Counted from the stretch's first letter, positions 1-12,645 are shown. The stretch: 64,000 nt of DNA from an uncultured Alphaproteobacteria bacterium (GCA_937903135.1 CALDAH010000028.1:2474-66473); one strand, 5' to 3'. Translations and numbers: made by a program. Notes: generated from the letters alone by a model not told the origin.

Positions 1-2
1 AA

Positions 3-308
3 ACATTTAATCCGTATGACGAAGATGAACGCTTATTCGCGTTTGCCGGAATCGGATACCCGCGAAAGTTTTTTAATTCTTTGAAAAATGTTGTCGGAAC
101 AAAAATCTTTGCCGATCACTATCAATATACCAATCAGGACTTAGAACGTTTGTTTGCAATGGCGGCAAAGAAAAAAGCCCAGTTGATTACAACAGAAAAA
201 GACTGGGTAAGGTTACCCGAATGCGTACGGGATAAAATAAAATATGCACGATTAGATATGACAATTGATGAACGGTTTTTTGACTGGCTGGGGGATAAAT
301 TAAAATGA
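3..308 (+). CDS. lpxK: tetraacyldisaccharide 4'-kinase LpxK, C-terminal fragment (5' end upstream of window)
   Basis: The frame is open from the window edge: ...LFAFAGIGYPRKFFNSL...FADHYQYTNQDL...ITTEKDWVRLP, a typical LpxK C-terminal pattern. The stop overlaps the lpxC start (ATGA at 305-308). Confidence 0.7.
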   Translation, partial: TFNPYDEDERLFAFAGIGYPRKFFNSLKNVVGTKIFADHYQYTNQDLERLFAMAAKKKAQLITTEKDWVRLPECVRDKIKYARLDMTIDERFFDWLGDKLK

Positions 309-1240
309 CAACATTAAAAAAAGAAGTCGTAATTCGTGGACACGGTATTCATTCCGGCGCACCGGTTAAGGTCGTTATTCGCCCGAGTAATTCATCCGGT
401 ATATTTTTTCGCCGTACGGATATAAAGGGTTCTATGCCGATTGCGGCGTTATTTAATAACGTCGGGGAAACCAAAATGCGTAATACCACAATCGGGGATT
501 TAAATTCCGCCCATGTTCAGACGGTTGAACATCTTATGGCGGCGCTGTTTATCGCGGGGATTGATAGCGCGATGATTGATATATCCGGGCCCGAGACACC
601 AATACTTGACGGCAGTGCTGCGGAATTTTTGGCGGCGTTTGTTAATGCTGGTGTAACGTCCGGGGCGATGAAACGCATTATTGTAAAACGCGAGGTTATT
701 GCCCATTCGCGTGAGATTTTGCGTACACTATCACCGTGGGTGCGAATTCGTTTATGGTTCTTTAATTTAATATCAGGCCGTCGCGGGAATGGATTCGTAA
801 GATTAAAACCTAATCACGGGAAATCATTAGATATCACCGCAACATTAATATACCCAGAGAAAATTATCGGAGAGCAGACATACCGCTATTCATTTAACGG
901 GTCAAAGAAATCTATTAATGATTTTACAACGAATATTGCACGGGCGCGAACATTTGGAAAATATTCGGAATGGGAATACCTAAAGGCGCATGGAATGGGT
1001 CGCGGGGCAAATGAAAATAATGTTATCGCGTTGAATAATACGGGCGACGGGACATTGAATCCTGTGATATGGCCCGATGAATTTGTTCGGCATAAAATAA
1101 TTGATGCAATCGGTGATATGTTTACCAGCGGCGGCTGGATTATCGGTGACTTAGAATCATTTAAGGGCAGTCATGCTTTAAATAATCTGGTTCTTAAAAA
1201 GTTATTTAGCAATGCTGAAAATTATGATATAGTTGAATAA
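305..1240 (+). CDS. lpxC: UDP-3-O-acyl-N-acetylglucosamine deacetylase
   Basis: 311 aa. Motifs GHGIHSG, TTIGD, VQTVEHLMAAL, PILDGSA, ARTFG, HKIIDAIGDM and GSHALNN are colinear with LpxC. There is an extra hydrophobic segment of about 20 aa (ILRTLSPWVRIRLWFFNLISG) relative to E. coli LpxC. Confidence 0.9.
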   Translation: MTTLKKEVVIRGHGIHSGAPVKVVIRPSNSSGIFFRRTDIKGSMPIAALFNNVGETKMRNTTIGDLNSAHVQTVEHLMAALFIAGIDSAMIDISGPETPILDGSAAEFLAAFVNAGVTSGAMKRIIVKREVIAHSREILRTLSPWVRIRLWFFNLISGRRGNGFVRLKPNHGKSLDITATLIYPEKIIGEQTYRYSFNGSKKSINDFTTNIARARTFGKYSEWEYLKAHGMGRGANENNVIALNNTGDGTLNPVIWPDEFVRHKIIDAIGDMFTSGGWIIGDLESFKGSHALNNLVLKKLFSNAENYDIVE

Positions 1241-1268
1241 AGAATTATTAATAAACAAGGGACATAAA

Positions 1269-1697
1269 ATGAAAAAAATTTTGTCTGTGTTGGGAATTTT
1301 AGCTGTTGCCGGATGCGGCGGTATGATAAAAAATCAAAACGGCAGTGAATATTTAACGCAGCTGGATGCTGAACCGATTGGCTGTACGTTTTTATATAAA
1401 CTGGAATCAGAGGTATCGGTATACGATGCTGATGACGCACGCCGGTATTTGGAAAATCGTATCGCGGATCAGGCGCGCCCTGGGAACGCGTATTGGATAA
1501 CTAGTCAACGGACACGCCCGAATGAATGGGTAATATTTGGCCCGGAACGTGCATTTATTTTGGTTGCAAATGTTTATGATTGTCCGCATCCGCGCAGCCA
1601 GCGAACCGCCCGTGACGGCGGGGCGGCCACAATTGCAATGCCGGTATATGAACAGTCCATGCCCCAGTATTCAGGTGGTTATGGCGTTTATCGTTAA
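1269..1697 (+). CDS. lipoprotein, DUF4156-like
   Basis: MKKILSVLGILAVAGC is a signal peptide with a lipobox. AAGGGA lies upstream of the ATG at 1269. The C...G...NAYWIT...YDC spacing resembles DUF4156 lipoproteins. The family call is tentative. Confidence 0.55.
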   Translation: MKKILSVLGILAVAGCGGMIKNQNGSEYLTQLDAEPIGCTFLYKLESEVSVYDADDARRYLENRIADQARPGNAYWITSQRTRPNEWVIFGPERAFILVANVYDCPHPRSQRTARDGGAATIAMPVYEQSMPQYSGGYGVYR

Positions 1698-1719
1698 TCG
1701 TTTATAAAATTTTAATTTT

Positions 1720-1745
1720 GCCCGCTGTTTTTAGGCGGGCTTTTT
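1720..1745 (+). terminator. Rho-independent terminator
   Basis: GCCCGC-(9 nt)-GCGGGC followed by TTTTT. Confidence 0.75.
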
Positions 1746-1807
1746 CATTCTGTGTTTGCCAAGGTTGATATTTTTATGTTATAATTATTCAAAAGGGCAG
1801 AGAGAAA

Positions 1808-3070
1808 TTGGCAAATCAGGTAATATCCGTTAATAGAAAAAAATACGCGGTTGGGTTGTTTTGGCAGCCGCTGGGCACGCGTAAGGTCGGGCGAAATTAT
1901 GCCCGAAATTTAGCACGCAGCGTTGATAGAAAATTAAATCTGTTTACCGAATACCGTGCCATGGTTGGTCTGGGGTCGCGTCGCGCCGGACATCGTGCCG
2001 GAATGATGGCCGCCGCCGCCGAGGTTATGGAAGCATTCCCGGAATATTCATCTTTTTTAGCGGTATTTCGCATTGATCTTGGTTATTTTTTAGTAGCTGT
2101 CCGTAATGGAATAATCCTTGAGGATAAGATTTTTGAATCCGAGGCCGATGCCCGTTCTGAATACGTGCGGTTATCTGAAATCCCGGACTGGGGGGCATTT
2201 ATTGCGCCGGGGGCATGGTCAATGCCGCGTGCGGTTGAACGTTCGTTGCCGGATTTAATATCACGAAATGCCCGGGCGATGCTGCATTCGGTTAGTCGTT
2301 TTCGCGCCGGTTTGTTTTCGTTGATATTAATCGGTATATTTTTATTTATAATGTTTATGATTTTTCGTGACCCGATAATGCAATTGGTATCCCCACGGCC
2401 ACGACCGGCCCAGATTGATCCCGTATTAGCCGAGGAATATAAACGTCAGATAATTGAAAAAAACAAAGAGCTTGACGAACGGTTTAATATTCAAAAAACG
2501 CCGCCACCGCCACCGTTGGTTATGCCGTATGATAACCTGCCGTCGCCCGCTGCCCGGGCAGAGCTGTGCTATCAGGCGATCGGTTTTTTAATGCAGCCGA
2601 TTACCGGTTGGCATCAGGTAATGGCCGAATGCAATGAAACGCACGCCGTGGCCCAGTTTCGTCGCGATTTCGGAACATTGGGGGATTTTTATAACATTGC
2701 AACGCAGCTAATGCCCGGGACATTCGTCCAAGAACGCGGCGAGGACGAGATTATGGCACGCGCCGCGCTGCCGGCGTTACCCGCCGAACCGTCCCTGGAT
2801 GAACGCGATGCCGAAACTCTGTTGCGCGATGTAACGTCCGCATTTCAGGGCCTGGATACACCGATTAACGCCCAGATTGTCGTAGACGTTTTGTCAAACG
2901 GGGTGGATACGGCCCAGCTGAATATCGTAGAGATATCGGCTGATTCAAAGCTTGCACCGATGCAGTTTATGAAAATATTTGATGAATTCGGTGGCGTGTA
3001 TATGACGCGTTGTGTATGGAATACTGCGGGTCGCATATGGAACTATGAGGTGATTATCTATGCTAAATAA
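1808..3070 (+). CDS. type IVb pilus accessory protein, PilO (R64/PilO2)-like
   Basis: 420 aa with a TTG start. The N-terminus KKYAVGLFWQPL resembles the PilO/PilO2 pilin-accessory family. It has a central TM helix (LFSLILIGIFLFIMFMIF), and its position is colinear with R64 pilO-pilP-pilQ-pilR. Confidence 0.55.
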   Translation: MANQVISVNRKKYAVGLFWQPLGTRKVGRNYARNLARSVDRKLNLFTEYRAMVGLGSRRAGHRAGMMAAAAEVMEAFPEYSSFLAVFRIDLGYFLVAVRNGIILEDKIFESEADARSEYVRLSEIPDWGAFIAPGAWSMPRAVERSLPDLISRNARAMLHSVSRFRAGLFSLILIGIFLFIMFMIFRDPIMQLVSPRPRPAQIDPVLAEEYKRQIIEKNKELDERFNIQKTPPPPPLVMPYDNLPSPAARAELCYQAIGFLMQPITGWHQVMAECNETHAVAQFRRDFGTLGDFYNIATQLMPGTFVQERGEDEIMARAALPALPAEPSLDERDAETLLRDVTSAFQGLDTPINAQIVVDVLSNGVDTAQLNIVEISADSKLAPMQFMKIFDEFGGVYMTRCVWNTAGRIWNYEVIIYAK

Positions 3071-3734
3071 AACATATTTTATTTTATTGGTTTTTATTAT
3101 GGCGTTTTCGTCAGCGCGAACATTCCCGGCATTTGCCGATGAATCCGGTGCAATGGACGCCGAGATGGAAGAGGTTTCCGCCGATGCCGTTGCCGCATAT
3201 AATGTTAACGGGTCATTATTTCAACAGATTACCGATCTGGAACAGGAAAAGGTTTTAATGCAGCTGGAAAAGGAACGCGCCCAGCTGGATCTGGAACTGG
3301 ATCGCTTGGCGGCTGAAAAAATAAAACTGCATATGGAGATAGATACACTATCGGGCCGTGCCGAGCAGCAGCAACAAGAGCTTGAGACTGAAAAAGCACG
3401 ACTGGAGGCCGAGGCAGCACGACTAGCGCGCGAGAAGGAAAGTTTAGCCGAGCAGAGTGCGGCCGATGCCAAGCGCGTATATTCCGCACCCGCCCAAAGT
3501 ACCGCAGCGGCTGATATAAACCTGGCCGATAGATATAAATTGATTAATGTAGTCGGCGTTGGATCACAGCTGCAGGCGACCGTTACAGATTTAAATACAG
3601 GACAAAATAAACGTTTATCCGTAGGTAAAATCCTGGATGATTTTAGTGTAAAATCTATATCCTTAGATGATGGCGTTGTATTTATTAATAATAAGGGTGA
3701 AACGCAGGTATTGAATATCGGCGGGGCACGATAG
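3060..3734 (+). CDS. type IVb pilus biogenesis protein, PilP-like
   Basis: 224 aa with a signal peptide, a long E/Q/A-rich coiled coil and a C-terminal beta domain (YKLINVVGVG...VTDLNTGQNKRLSVGKILDDFSVKSISLDDGVVF) like PilP/GspC. It overlaps the upstream gene by 11 nt. Confidence 0.5.
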   Translation: MLNKTYFILLVFIMAFSSARTFPAFADESGAMDAEMEEVSADAVAAYNVNGSLFQQITDLEQEKVLMQLEKERAQLDLELDRLAAEKIKLHMEIDTLSGRAEQQQQELETEKARLEAEAARLAREKESLAEQSAADAKRVYSAPAQSTAAADINLADRYKLINVVGVGSQLQATVTDLNTGQNKRLSVGKILDDFSVKSISLDDGVVFINNKGETQVLNIGGAR

Positions 3735-3760
3735 TATAACGGTTTTAGGTGCGATTATAA

Positions 3761-5398
3761 ATGAACGATAAAGAAAAAGAAGTTTTAAGCAACGATACAG
3801 TCGAACGTCGCCCATCTGTTCCGACGGGGTTGGAAAATGCCGAAAGCAAAGATATTGTTGATTTTTTATTCGCTAACGGTAATCGGTTGCTGACCGCAAC
3901 CGGTGCCGAGATGGAACTGCCAAAGGATACGCAGGGGCTGATTGCATATTTTTCCGGCGGCGAGATTATTATATCACGAACACACCGTTATGACGGTCGT
4001 GTTTTAGCGTTTTTAGATTTGTTAGAAAAACGCGGACGGCCAATGCGCCGACCGTTTTATTCGGATTTAGGGCTGGTATCTAATATATATAAATTTTATG
4101 AATCGCGGGTCGGCGGATCTAATCGTTCACGATTGGATTACGATAACCAAATGCAAAAGGATTTTGTTGATATTATCGCCAAGGCCGCCGCACAGAAAGT
4201 ATCTGATATTCATATAGAGGTCGCAGATCAGACCACAATTTATTTCCGTATTGACGGCAGTATGCAACCGGTATTGGAATATAATTCCGGCTGGGGGGAA
4301 TCATTCGTTCGCGCGGCATTTGCATCCGCCGATATGTCAAATGCGAACTATGCCCAAAATGAATACCAGTCTGCACAAAAAGATGGTCGTACGCCCCTGC
4401 GCGGGACAAAGGATTTATATCTGCCCGCCGGGATTTTAAGTATTCGTATGCAGTTTAATCCGATCGCATTCGGCAGTCGTTATGTCGTTATGCGATTGTT
4501 GTATGATAACCCGTCCGAGGGGATTAAAACAGAACAGGAATTCGGTGAATACGAACAGCGTTTAATGATGCGCATGCGGGCATTCCCGACGGGACTGGTT
4601 ATTGTCGCCGGGCCGACGAGTTCTGGGAAATCAACAACGCTGGTTCGTAATATGTCGTTAATGCTAAAGGAACGTCATTACGAGATAAATATGATCACGG
4701 TGGAAAACCCCGTTGAGCAAAAAATTTTCGGCGCGCATCAGATGCCTGTTATTAATACAACCAGCGAAGAACAGCGCGACGAGGAATATACCGAGGCATT
4801 GGCCGCCGCGCTGCGCAGTGACCCTGATACTTTAATGGTCGGGGAAATTCGTACGCTGGCCGCCGCCCAATTAACCGTACGCGGTGCGTTATCCGGTCAT
4901 AACGTATGGACCACGCTGCATGCAAATTCAGCACTGGCCGCATTAACCCGTTTACTGGATATGGGGATAGAGGCATTTAAGCTAAAAGAAGAAACGCTAA
5001 TGCGTGGATTAATATCAATGCGGTTGTTTAAAAAGCTATGTCCGTATTGTCGTGAACGCTTAATTGATCATCCTGAAAACCCGGCGTATAATCGCGTCTT
5101 GGACGCGTTCGGTGAAATCGGCCTGCGCCAGGTATATATTCGCGGCGCCGGTTGTAACGAATGTAATGGGACGGGGACACTGGGCCGAATTAAAGCGGGC
5201 GAGATTATAATTACAAACAGTGAATTTTTAGGCCTGGCGCTATCTGGCGATACGGATGGTGCGGTAAAATACTGGCTGGAGGAAATGGATGGCCGAACGT
5301 TAAAAGAGGCCGCAATGGAATTAATGCTGCGTGGAATAATCGGTGTTGATGAATTAGAACGCTGGGTGGGATTACTGGACCGGCCGGGGGTATATTAA
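3761..5398 (+). CDS. GspE/PilB-family secretion ATPase (R64 PilQ-like)
   Basis: 545 aa with Walker A GPTSSGKSTT, Asp box/Walker B DPDTLMVGEIR, His box GHNVWTTLHAN, and a tetracysteine motif CPYC...CNEC. Confidence 0.85.
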   Translation: MNDKEKEVLSNDTVERRPSVPTGLENAESKDIVDFLFANGNRLLTATGAEMELPKDTQGLIAYFSGGEIIISRTHRYDGRVLAFLDLLEKRGRPMRRPFYSDLGLVSNIYKFYESRVGGSNRSRLDYDNQMQKDFVDIIAKAAAQKVSDIHIEVADQTTIYFRIDGSMQPVLEYNSGWGESFVRAAFASADMSNANYAQNEYQSAQKDGRTPLRGTKDLYLPAGILSIRMQFNPIAFGSRYVVMRLLYDNPSEGIKTEQEFGEYEQRLMMRMRAFPTGLVIVAGPTSSGKSTTLVRNMSLMLKERHYEINMITVENPVEQKIFGAHQMPVINTTSEEQRDEEYTEALAAALRSDPDTLMVGEIRTLAAAQLTVRGALSGHNVWTTLHANSALAALTRLLDMGIEAFKLKEETLMRGLISMRLFKKLCPYCRERLIDHPENPAYNRVLDAFGEIGLRQVYIRGAGCNECNGTGTLGRIKAGEIIITNSEFLGLALSGDTDGAVKYWLEEMDGRTLKEAAMELMLRGIIGVDELERWVGLLDRPGVY

Positions 5399-5399
5399 T

Positions 5400-6473
5400 A
5401 TGGAACGGTTGGAAAAATTATATGCCAAACTGGTATTCCGTTTAAATACCGAAAAACGTATGGCGACCGCACGAAAATTGGCATCGTTACTGCGAAATGA
5501 TTTTACATTAATGGACGCCCTGGGACGATTAGAGATGATCGAGTCTAAAAACGGTAAGCGTCCGAATGAACCGTTTGCAATTGTTATGCGCGAATGGCAA
5601 AAAAACCTTGAACGCGGGATGAGCTTTTCTGATGCGACGCGTGGCTGGGTCCCGCCCGATGAAACATTGTTGGTAACGTCGGGGAATCTTTCTAATTTAG
5701 TTGTCGCATTGGAAAACGTCGGGCATGTTGTTGATGGAATGCAGCGTATTCATCGCGCAATGCGCGGGGCCGTTGCGTACCCGATGTTTTTGCTGGCGTT
5801 AACGTTCGGGATTATTATTATGGTTGGTCTGTATCTGGTCCCGCCCCTGGCAGAGGTTGCCGGCAACGATATGGTATGGCGCGGTATGGCGCGGTCGTTA
5901 ATATGGCTATCGGGGGTCGCAACGCATTACTGGTTCGCATTTATAATAGGGTTTGCATTGGTCGCCGGAATAATATGGATGTCAATGGCGAATTGGTCCG
6001 GGTGGCTGCGTTCCCGATTTGATAGTTTCCCGCCATGGAGTATTTATAGGATTAATATTTCGGTCGGGTGGCTAATGTCTTTGGCGGCGATGGTATCGGC
6101 AGGTATTACCGTCCCGAATGCGATACGTATGCTGGCGGATAATGCAAATCGGTATCTGGCGTCTATATTGGAACGGGTTCTGCATTTTATTGCGAACGGT
6201 GATAATTTAGGGGTGGCGTTAAATAACGCCGATCGTAATTTCCCCGATCCAGAGATCATAGGGGATTTAACAATTTACGCTGATATGAACGGATTTGATG
6301 CAAACCTTAAACATATTGCAAACGATTATCTGGAAGAATCCGTCCGCAGGGTAGATGCGATATCTAATGCATTAAACAGCGTCGGGATTTTATTAGTATC
6401 GGCAATTATTGCCTGGGTTGTACTGGGTACATTCCAGATGCAAGATCAGATTACAGCCGCGTTATCGTATTAA
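5400..6473 (+). CDS. GspF/PilC-family inner-membrane platform protein (R64 PilR-like)
   Basis: 357 aa. It starts 2 nt after the ATPase stop, has three hydrophobic TM segments and a GspF-like layout, and its position is colinear with R64 pilR. Confidence 0.65.
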   Translation: MERLEKLYAKLVFRLNTEKRMATARKLASLLRNDFTLMDALGRLEMIESKNGKRPNEPFAIVMREWQKNLERGMSFSDATRGWVPPDETLLVTSGNLSNLVVALENVGHVVDGMQRIHRAMRGAVAYPMFLLALTFGIIIMVGLYLVPPLAEVAGNDMVWRGMARSLIWLSGVATHYWFAFIIGFALVAGIIWMSMANWSGWLRSRFDSFPPWSIYRINISVGWLMSLAAMVSAGITVPNAIRMLADNANRYLASILERVLHFIANGDNLGVALNNADRNFPDPEIIGDLTIYADMNGFDANLKHIANDYLEESVRRVDAISNALNSVGILLVSAIIAWVVLGTFQMQDQITAALSY

Positions 6474-6477
6474 AAAA

Positions 6478-6501
6478 GGCCGGATTTCCCGGCCGTTTTT
6501 T
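6478..6501. terminator. bidirectional Rho-independent terminator
   Basis: GGCCGG-ATTTC-CCGGCC, flanked by AAAAA upstream and GTTTTTT downstream, between convergent genes. Confidence 0.75.
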
Positions 6502-6511
6502 ATACCATAAT

Positions 6512-9689
<3,178 letters not shown>

Positions 9690-9692
9690 TAA

Positions 9693-10340
9693 ATGTTTAC
9701 GGCGGATTGGTTTTTCGGACTGGACAAGGCTTTGCGCGATGCAGGATTAGATTCCGATGCGCAAAGCTTTGATGAAATTCGCGATAACCTGGCGTCGCGT
9801 CATGTATGTGACCCGACTGAATTTGCAACCGCATGCGCATATGTGATTTTAGCAGGTGGCTTTTCGCAAAAAACGGCCAAGAAAATTCATGCCAAGATAA
9901 TGGATGAAATTTTCGCGAACGGTGCAGATTTTAATTCGCTGATATTGTTGTTTAATAATAAAAATAAAATAAACGCGATTTGCAAAATATGGGAAAATCG
10001 CGATGATTTATGTAATAAATATTATCGCCTGGCCGATACTGATGCGCGAATTGGGTATTTATCAACACTGCCGCATATCGGGAAAATAACAGCAAATCAT
10101 TTGGCCCGAAATCTGGGCGAAGATGTCGTAAAATACGATATATGGATTCAGCGTTTAGGCGTGCGATATGCGCAAAATCCTGATATGATGGCGTATATTA
10201 ATAACGGGAAATTATCCCCGCAGATAAAGGCGGCATGTGATGATATGTTCGCGCATCTGGCGTCGGAAACGGGGATGCCGCGTGGATATATTGATGTCGT
10301 TTTATGGAAAGCGTGCCAGAATAAATTAATTAAATTTTAG
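9693..10340 (+). CDS. hypothetical protein with helix-hairpin-helix (HhH-GPD/EndoIII-like) features
   Basis: 215 aa, starting 3 nt after the gyrB stop. LPHIGKITANHLARNLGEDVVKYDIWIQRL resembles the LPGVGxKTA...VDTHV HhH-plus-Asp segment of HhH-GPD glycosylases. The call is tentative. Confidence 0.35.
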   Translation: MFTADWFFGLDKALRDAGLDSDAQSFDEIRDNLASRHVCDPTEFATACAYVILAGGFSQKTAKKIHAKIMDEIFANGADFNSLILLFNNKNKINAICKIWENRDDLCNKYYRLADTDARIGYLSTLPHIGKITANHLARNLGEDVVKYDIWIQRLGVRYAQNPDMMAYINNGKLSPQIKAACDDMFAHLASETGMPRGYIDVVLWKACQNKLIKF

Positions 10341-10390
10341 GAAAATACTGCCAGAATATTATAAAATATTCAGAAATATAAGGTGGTTAT

Positions 10391-11002
10391 ATGAAAAATG
10401 CAGATATTATTAAATGGCAAATTATGACCGGGATGGATGGTTTTCATCTGATCGCGCGGTTATGTTTAAGCGTTTTGTATTTACGTGACGATCGGATCGG
10501 TGTTAAAAATATCACGGGTAATTTCCCCGAATACGGACCGTTATTGGAAAACAAGTGCTGGAGTCTGGCGGATAAAAACGATCGCGAAAAATATCAGAAT
10601 TTATATGCGGACAACGCTTTAAAACATCTGCGCATGCATAAGATTGCAGAATCAGAATTAATGCCTGATGGCGTTCGCAGAATATATTGCCCGGATGCGC
10701 GATTATTCGAAGATCCGATTATACAGAATTTAAACCCTATTATATGGGATAAAACGTATTTTATTGATCAAAAAACCGGTTTCTTTATGGATTTTATCAC
10801 AGATCGCCGTTCGCCGAATTTTACGGCACTGCGGGAACAGTTTGATAAAAGCGCGCGTCGCAGCACGTCGGTAATATTACCCGCGGGGATGGCGAATGAT
10901 CATATTAAAAATATATTAAAATTCGCGGCGGCCCAGGCGTCGTATCGTAAACGCGATATTTCTGCATTTATTGCATCAGAATTAAAAGACCGGCAAAAAT
11001 AA
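10391..11002 (+). CDS. hypothetical protein
   Basis: 203-aa ORF, same strand, 5 nt upstream of ung. No motif recognised. Confidence 0.5.
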   Translation: MKNADIIKWQIMTGMDGFHLIARLCLSVLYLRDDRIGVKNITGNFPEYGPLLENKCWSLADKNDREKYQNLYADNALKHLRMHKIAESELMPDGVRRIYCPDARLFEDPIIQNLNPIIWDKTYFIDQKTGFFMDFITDRRSPNFTALREQFDKSARRSTSVILPAGMANDHIKNILKFAAAQASYRKRDISAFIASELKDRQK

Positions 11003-11007
11003 AGGGC

Positions 11008-11679
11008 ATGGATATAATGGACGTAAAAATTGAACAATCGTGGAAAGATGCGCTAAGTTCCGAATTTAATCAGGATTATTTTATTCGCCTAACGGATTTT
11101 GTTCGCGGGGAATATCTATCGGGGCGTGCCGTATATCCCGCGCCGGCAAATATATTTAACGCGTTTAATTTATGTCCATTGGATCAGGTAAAGGTTGTAA
11201 TTATCGGCCAGGATCCGTATCACGAACCGGGCCAGGCGCACGGGCTGTGCTTTTCTGTGCTGCCGCCGACACGCGTCCCGCCAAGCCTGATAAATATTTA
11301 CAAAGAGATTGAAAGCGATTTAGGGCGTCCATCGGTCACATCCGGGGATTTAACATCATGGGCGCGTTCGGGTGTATTGTTATTAAACGCGACGCTGACC
11401 GTTCGTGCGCATGCGGCGGCATCGCATACCGGGCGCGGATGGGAACAGTTCACAGATGCCGTAATTCGCGCGACCGCCGCCCGGGATAATATTGTTTATA
11501 TGCTATGGGGCAGCTATGCCCAGCGCAAGGCGGAATTCGTTGATCCGCAAAAAAATCTGATTTTAAAATCGGTTCATCCGTCGCCGCTGTCGGCGCATCG
11601 TGGATTTTTCGGGAATCATCATTTTTCACGCGCAAATGAATATCTGGCCGCGCACGGTCGAACACCGATTGAATGGTAA
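11008..11679 (+). CDS. ung: uracil-DNA glycosylase (family 1)
   Basis: GQDPYHEPGQAHGLCFSV (water-activating loop), LLLNATLTV, and HPSPLSAHRGFFGNHHFS (Leu-intercalation loop). Confidence 0.93.
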   Translation: MDIMDVKIEQSWKDALSSEFNQDYFIRLTDFVRGEYLSGRAVYPAPANIFNAFNLCPLDQVKVVIIGQDPYHEPGQAHGLCFSVLPPTRVPPSLINIYKEIESDLGRPSVTSGDLTSWARSGVLLLNATLTVRAHAAASHTGRGWEQFTDAVIRATAARDNIVYMLWGSYAQRKAEFVDPQKNLILKSVHPSPLSAHRGFFGNHHFSRANEYLAAHGRTPIEW

Positions 11680-11830
11680 ATATCGGCGGCCGGTAAAGTT
11701 GAAATGTCTTCTGGAGTGAGCCCCATTTGCGAGGGAAGTTTTACGCGCGCTTGTTCGTATGACAAATGATGTGCTTCTTACGCAGGATTGCATCGCAAGC
11801 ATTTCCGGCCACCGAAAATAAATGGCCACT

Positions 11831-11925
11831 TTTAAAAAAGCGGCCGGGGTGTTACTAGATCATAACAAGCATGACTCTTATGGCCTTTCGGTTGCCCGTA
11901 TTTTATAGCCATAAGCACCCCGGCC
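11831..11925 (-). terminator. composite hairpin / terminator downstream of the PagL-like gene
   Basis: A 10-bp outer stem (11842-11851 / 11916-11925, GGCCGGGGTG/CACCCCGGCC) encloses an 8-bp inner stem (11877-11884 / 11908-11915). On the minus strand the structure is followed by GCTTTTTTAAA. Confidence 0.45.
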
Positions 11926-11935
11926 ATCAGATTTA

Positions 11936-12499
11936 TTAGAAGTTATATATAACGCCCGCCCCATAGAATGCGTATGAATGGTTTTCTTCGGCCGTATTTG
12001 CATTAGAAAAGTGCTGAACAAATATTTCCATCCCCCAGCGATCGTTAAAACGATATCCGCCCGTGATTTTAAACTGAAATAATAACTTCGCCCCCAGGCG
12101 GTCATTTTCCTTTGCCTGCAGGCCGACGCCCGCGCCGGTCGCAAAATACCAATCAGGGCCATATAATAACGCAACATCCCCGGATGCAAATATCATCGGG
12201 ATGGACAGTTTCTTCCAGTTCCAGCCGTATTTACGTCCCATGCCGACCGTTTCGCCAAAGTTTAACGACTGGCGTGCGGGCAGTTTAAAAAATGTCGTCG
12301 GCTGGGAATATTGAATATTCGGCAGCATATAAAACGGCACAAACTGGGACGGTGGCGGGATTAAAAAACCGCTGTTTACACCCTGGCCGATATTAATCGC
12401 AATCTGGTTTTCATAATCGCCCATAAACGGGTTAAAATCAGCATTCGCCGCAGTGGTTAATATTAATAGGGTAATAAAAGAAAATACGATTTTTGTCAT
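11936..12499 (-). CDS. acyloxyacyl hydrolase / lipid A 3-O-deacylase (PagL)-like outer-membrane protein
   Basis: Signal peptide MTKIVFSFITLLILTTAANA, alternating beta-strand pattern, HFSNA (PagL His/Ser motif) and a C-terminal aromatic ...GVIYNF. An alternative start lies at 12535. Confidence 0.55.
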   Translation of the reverse strand: MTKIVFSFITLLILTTAANADFNPFMGDYENQIAINIGQGVNSGFLIPPPSQFVPFYMLPNIQYSQPTTFFKLPARQSLNFGETVGMGRKYGWNWKKLSIPMIFASGDVALLYGPDWYFATGAGVGLQAKENDRLGAKLLFQFKITGGYRFNDRWGMEIFVQHFSNANTAEENHSYAFYGAGVIYNF

Positions 12500-12590
12500 A
12501 GTGCAGATGTTATAATATTTTACGATTATTTTCAATATAATTTATTAATAATGAAAATTATTATCTAAATGAATAAAAACCTATGGGCGG

Positions 12591-12601
12591 GGGGATGATT
12601 T
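12591..12601 (+). repeat. 11-nt direct repeat GGGGATGATTT (copy 1) flanking the tRNA-Met unit
   Basis: An exact 11-mer, preceded by GCGG, recurs at 12771-12781. Confidence 0.6.
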
Positions 12602-12606
12602 GTTTC

Positions 12607-12634
12607 TTGCAATTAAAAAAAACTTTGTTATAAT
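12607..12634 (+). promoter_or_regulatory. sigma70-type promoter for tRNA-Met
   Basis: TTGCAA, 16-nt spacer, TGtTATAAT (extended -10), ending 11 nt before the tRNA 5' end. Confidence 0.6.
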
Positions 12635-12645
12635 GCCGTGGCATT

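Noticed and set aside
700-790. Insertion of about 20 aa (ILRTLSPWVRIRLWFFNLISGRRGNG) in LpxC relative to E. coli LpxC.
   Set aside because: It lies in a loop region known to vary among LpxC orthologues. Without an alignment to alphaproteobacterial LpxC I cannot say it is unusual, so it is not reported as a finding.
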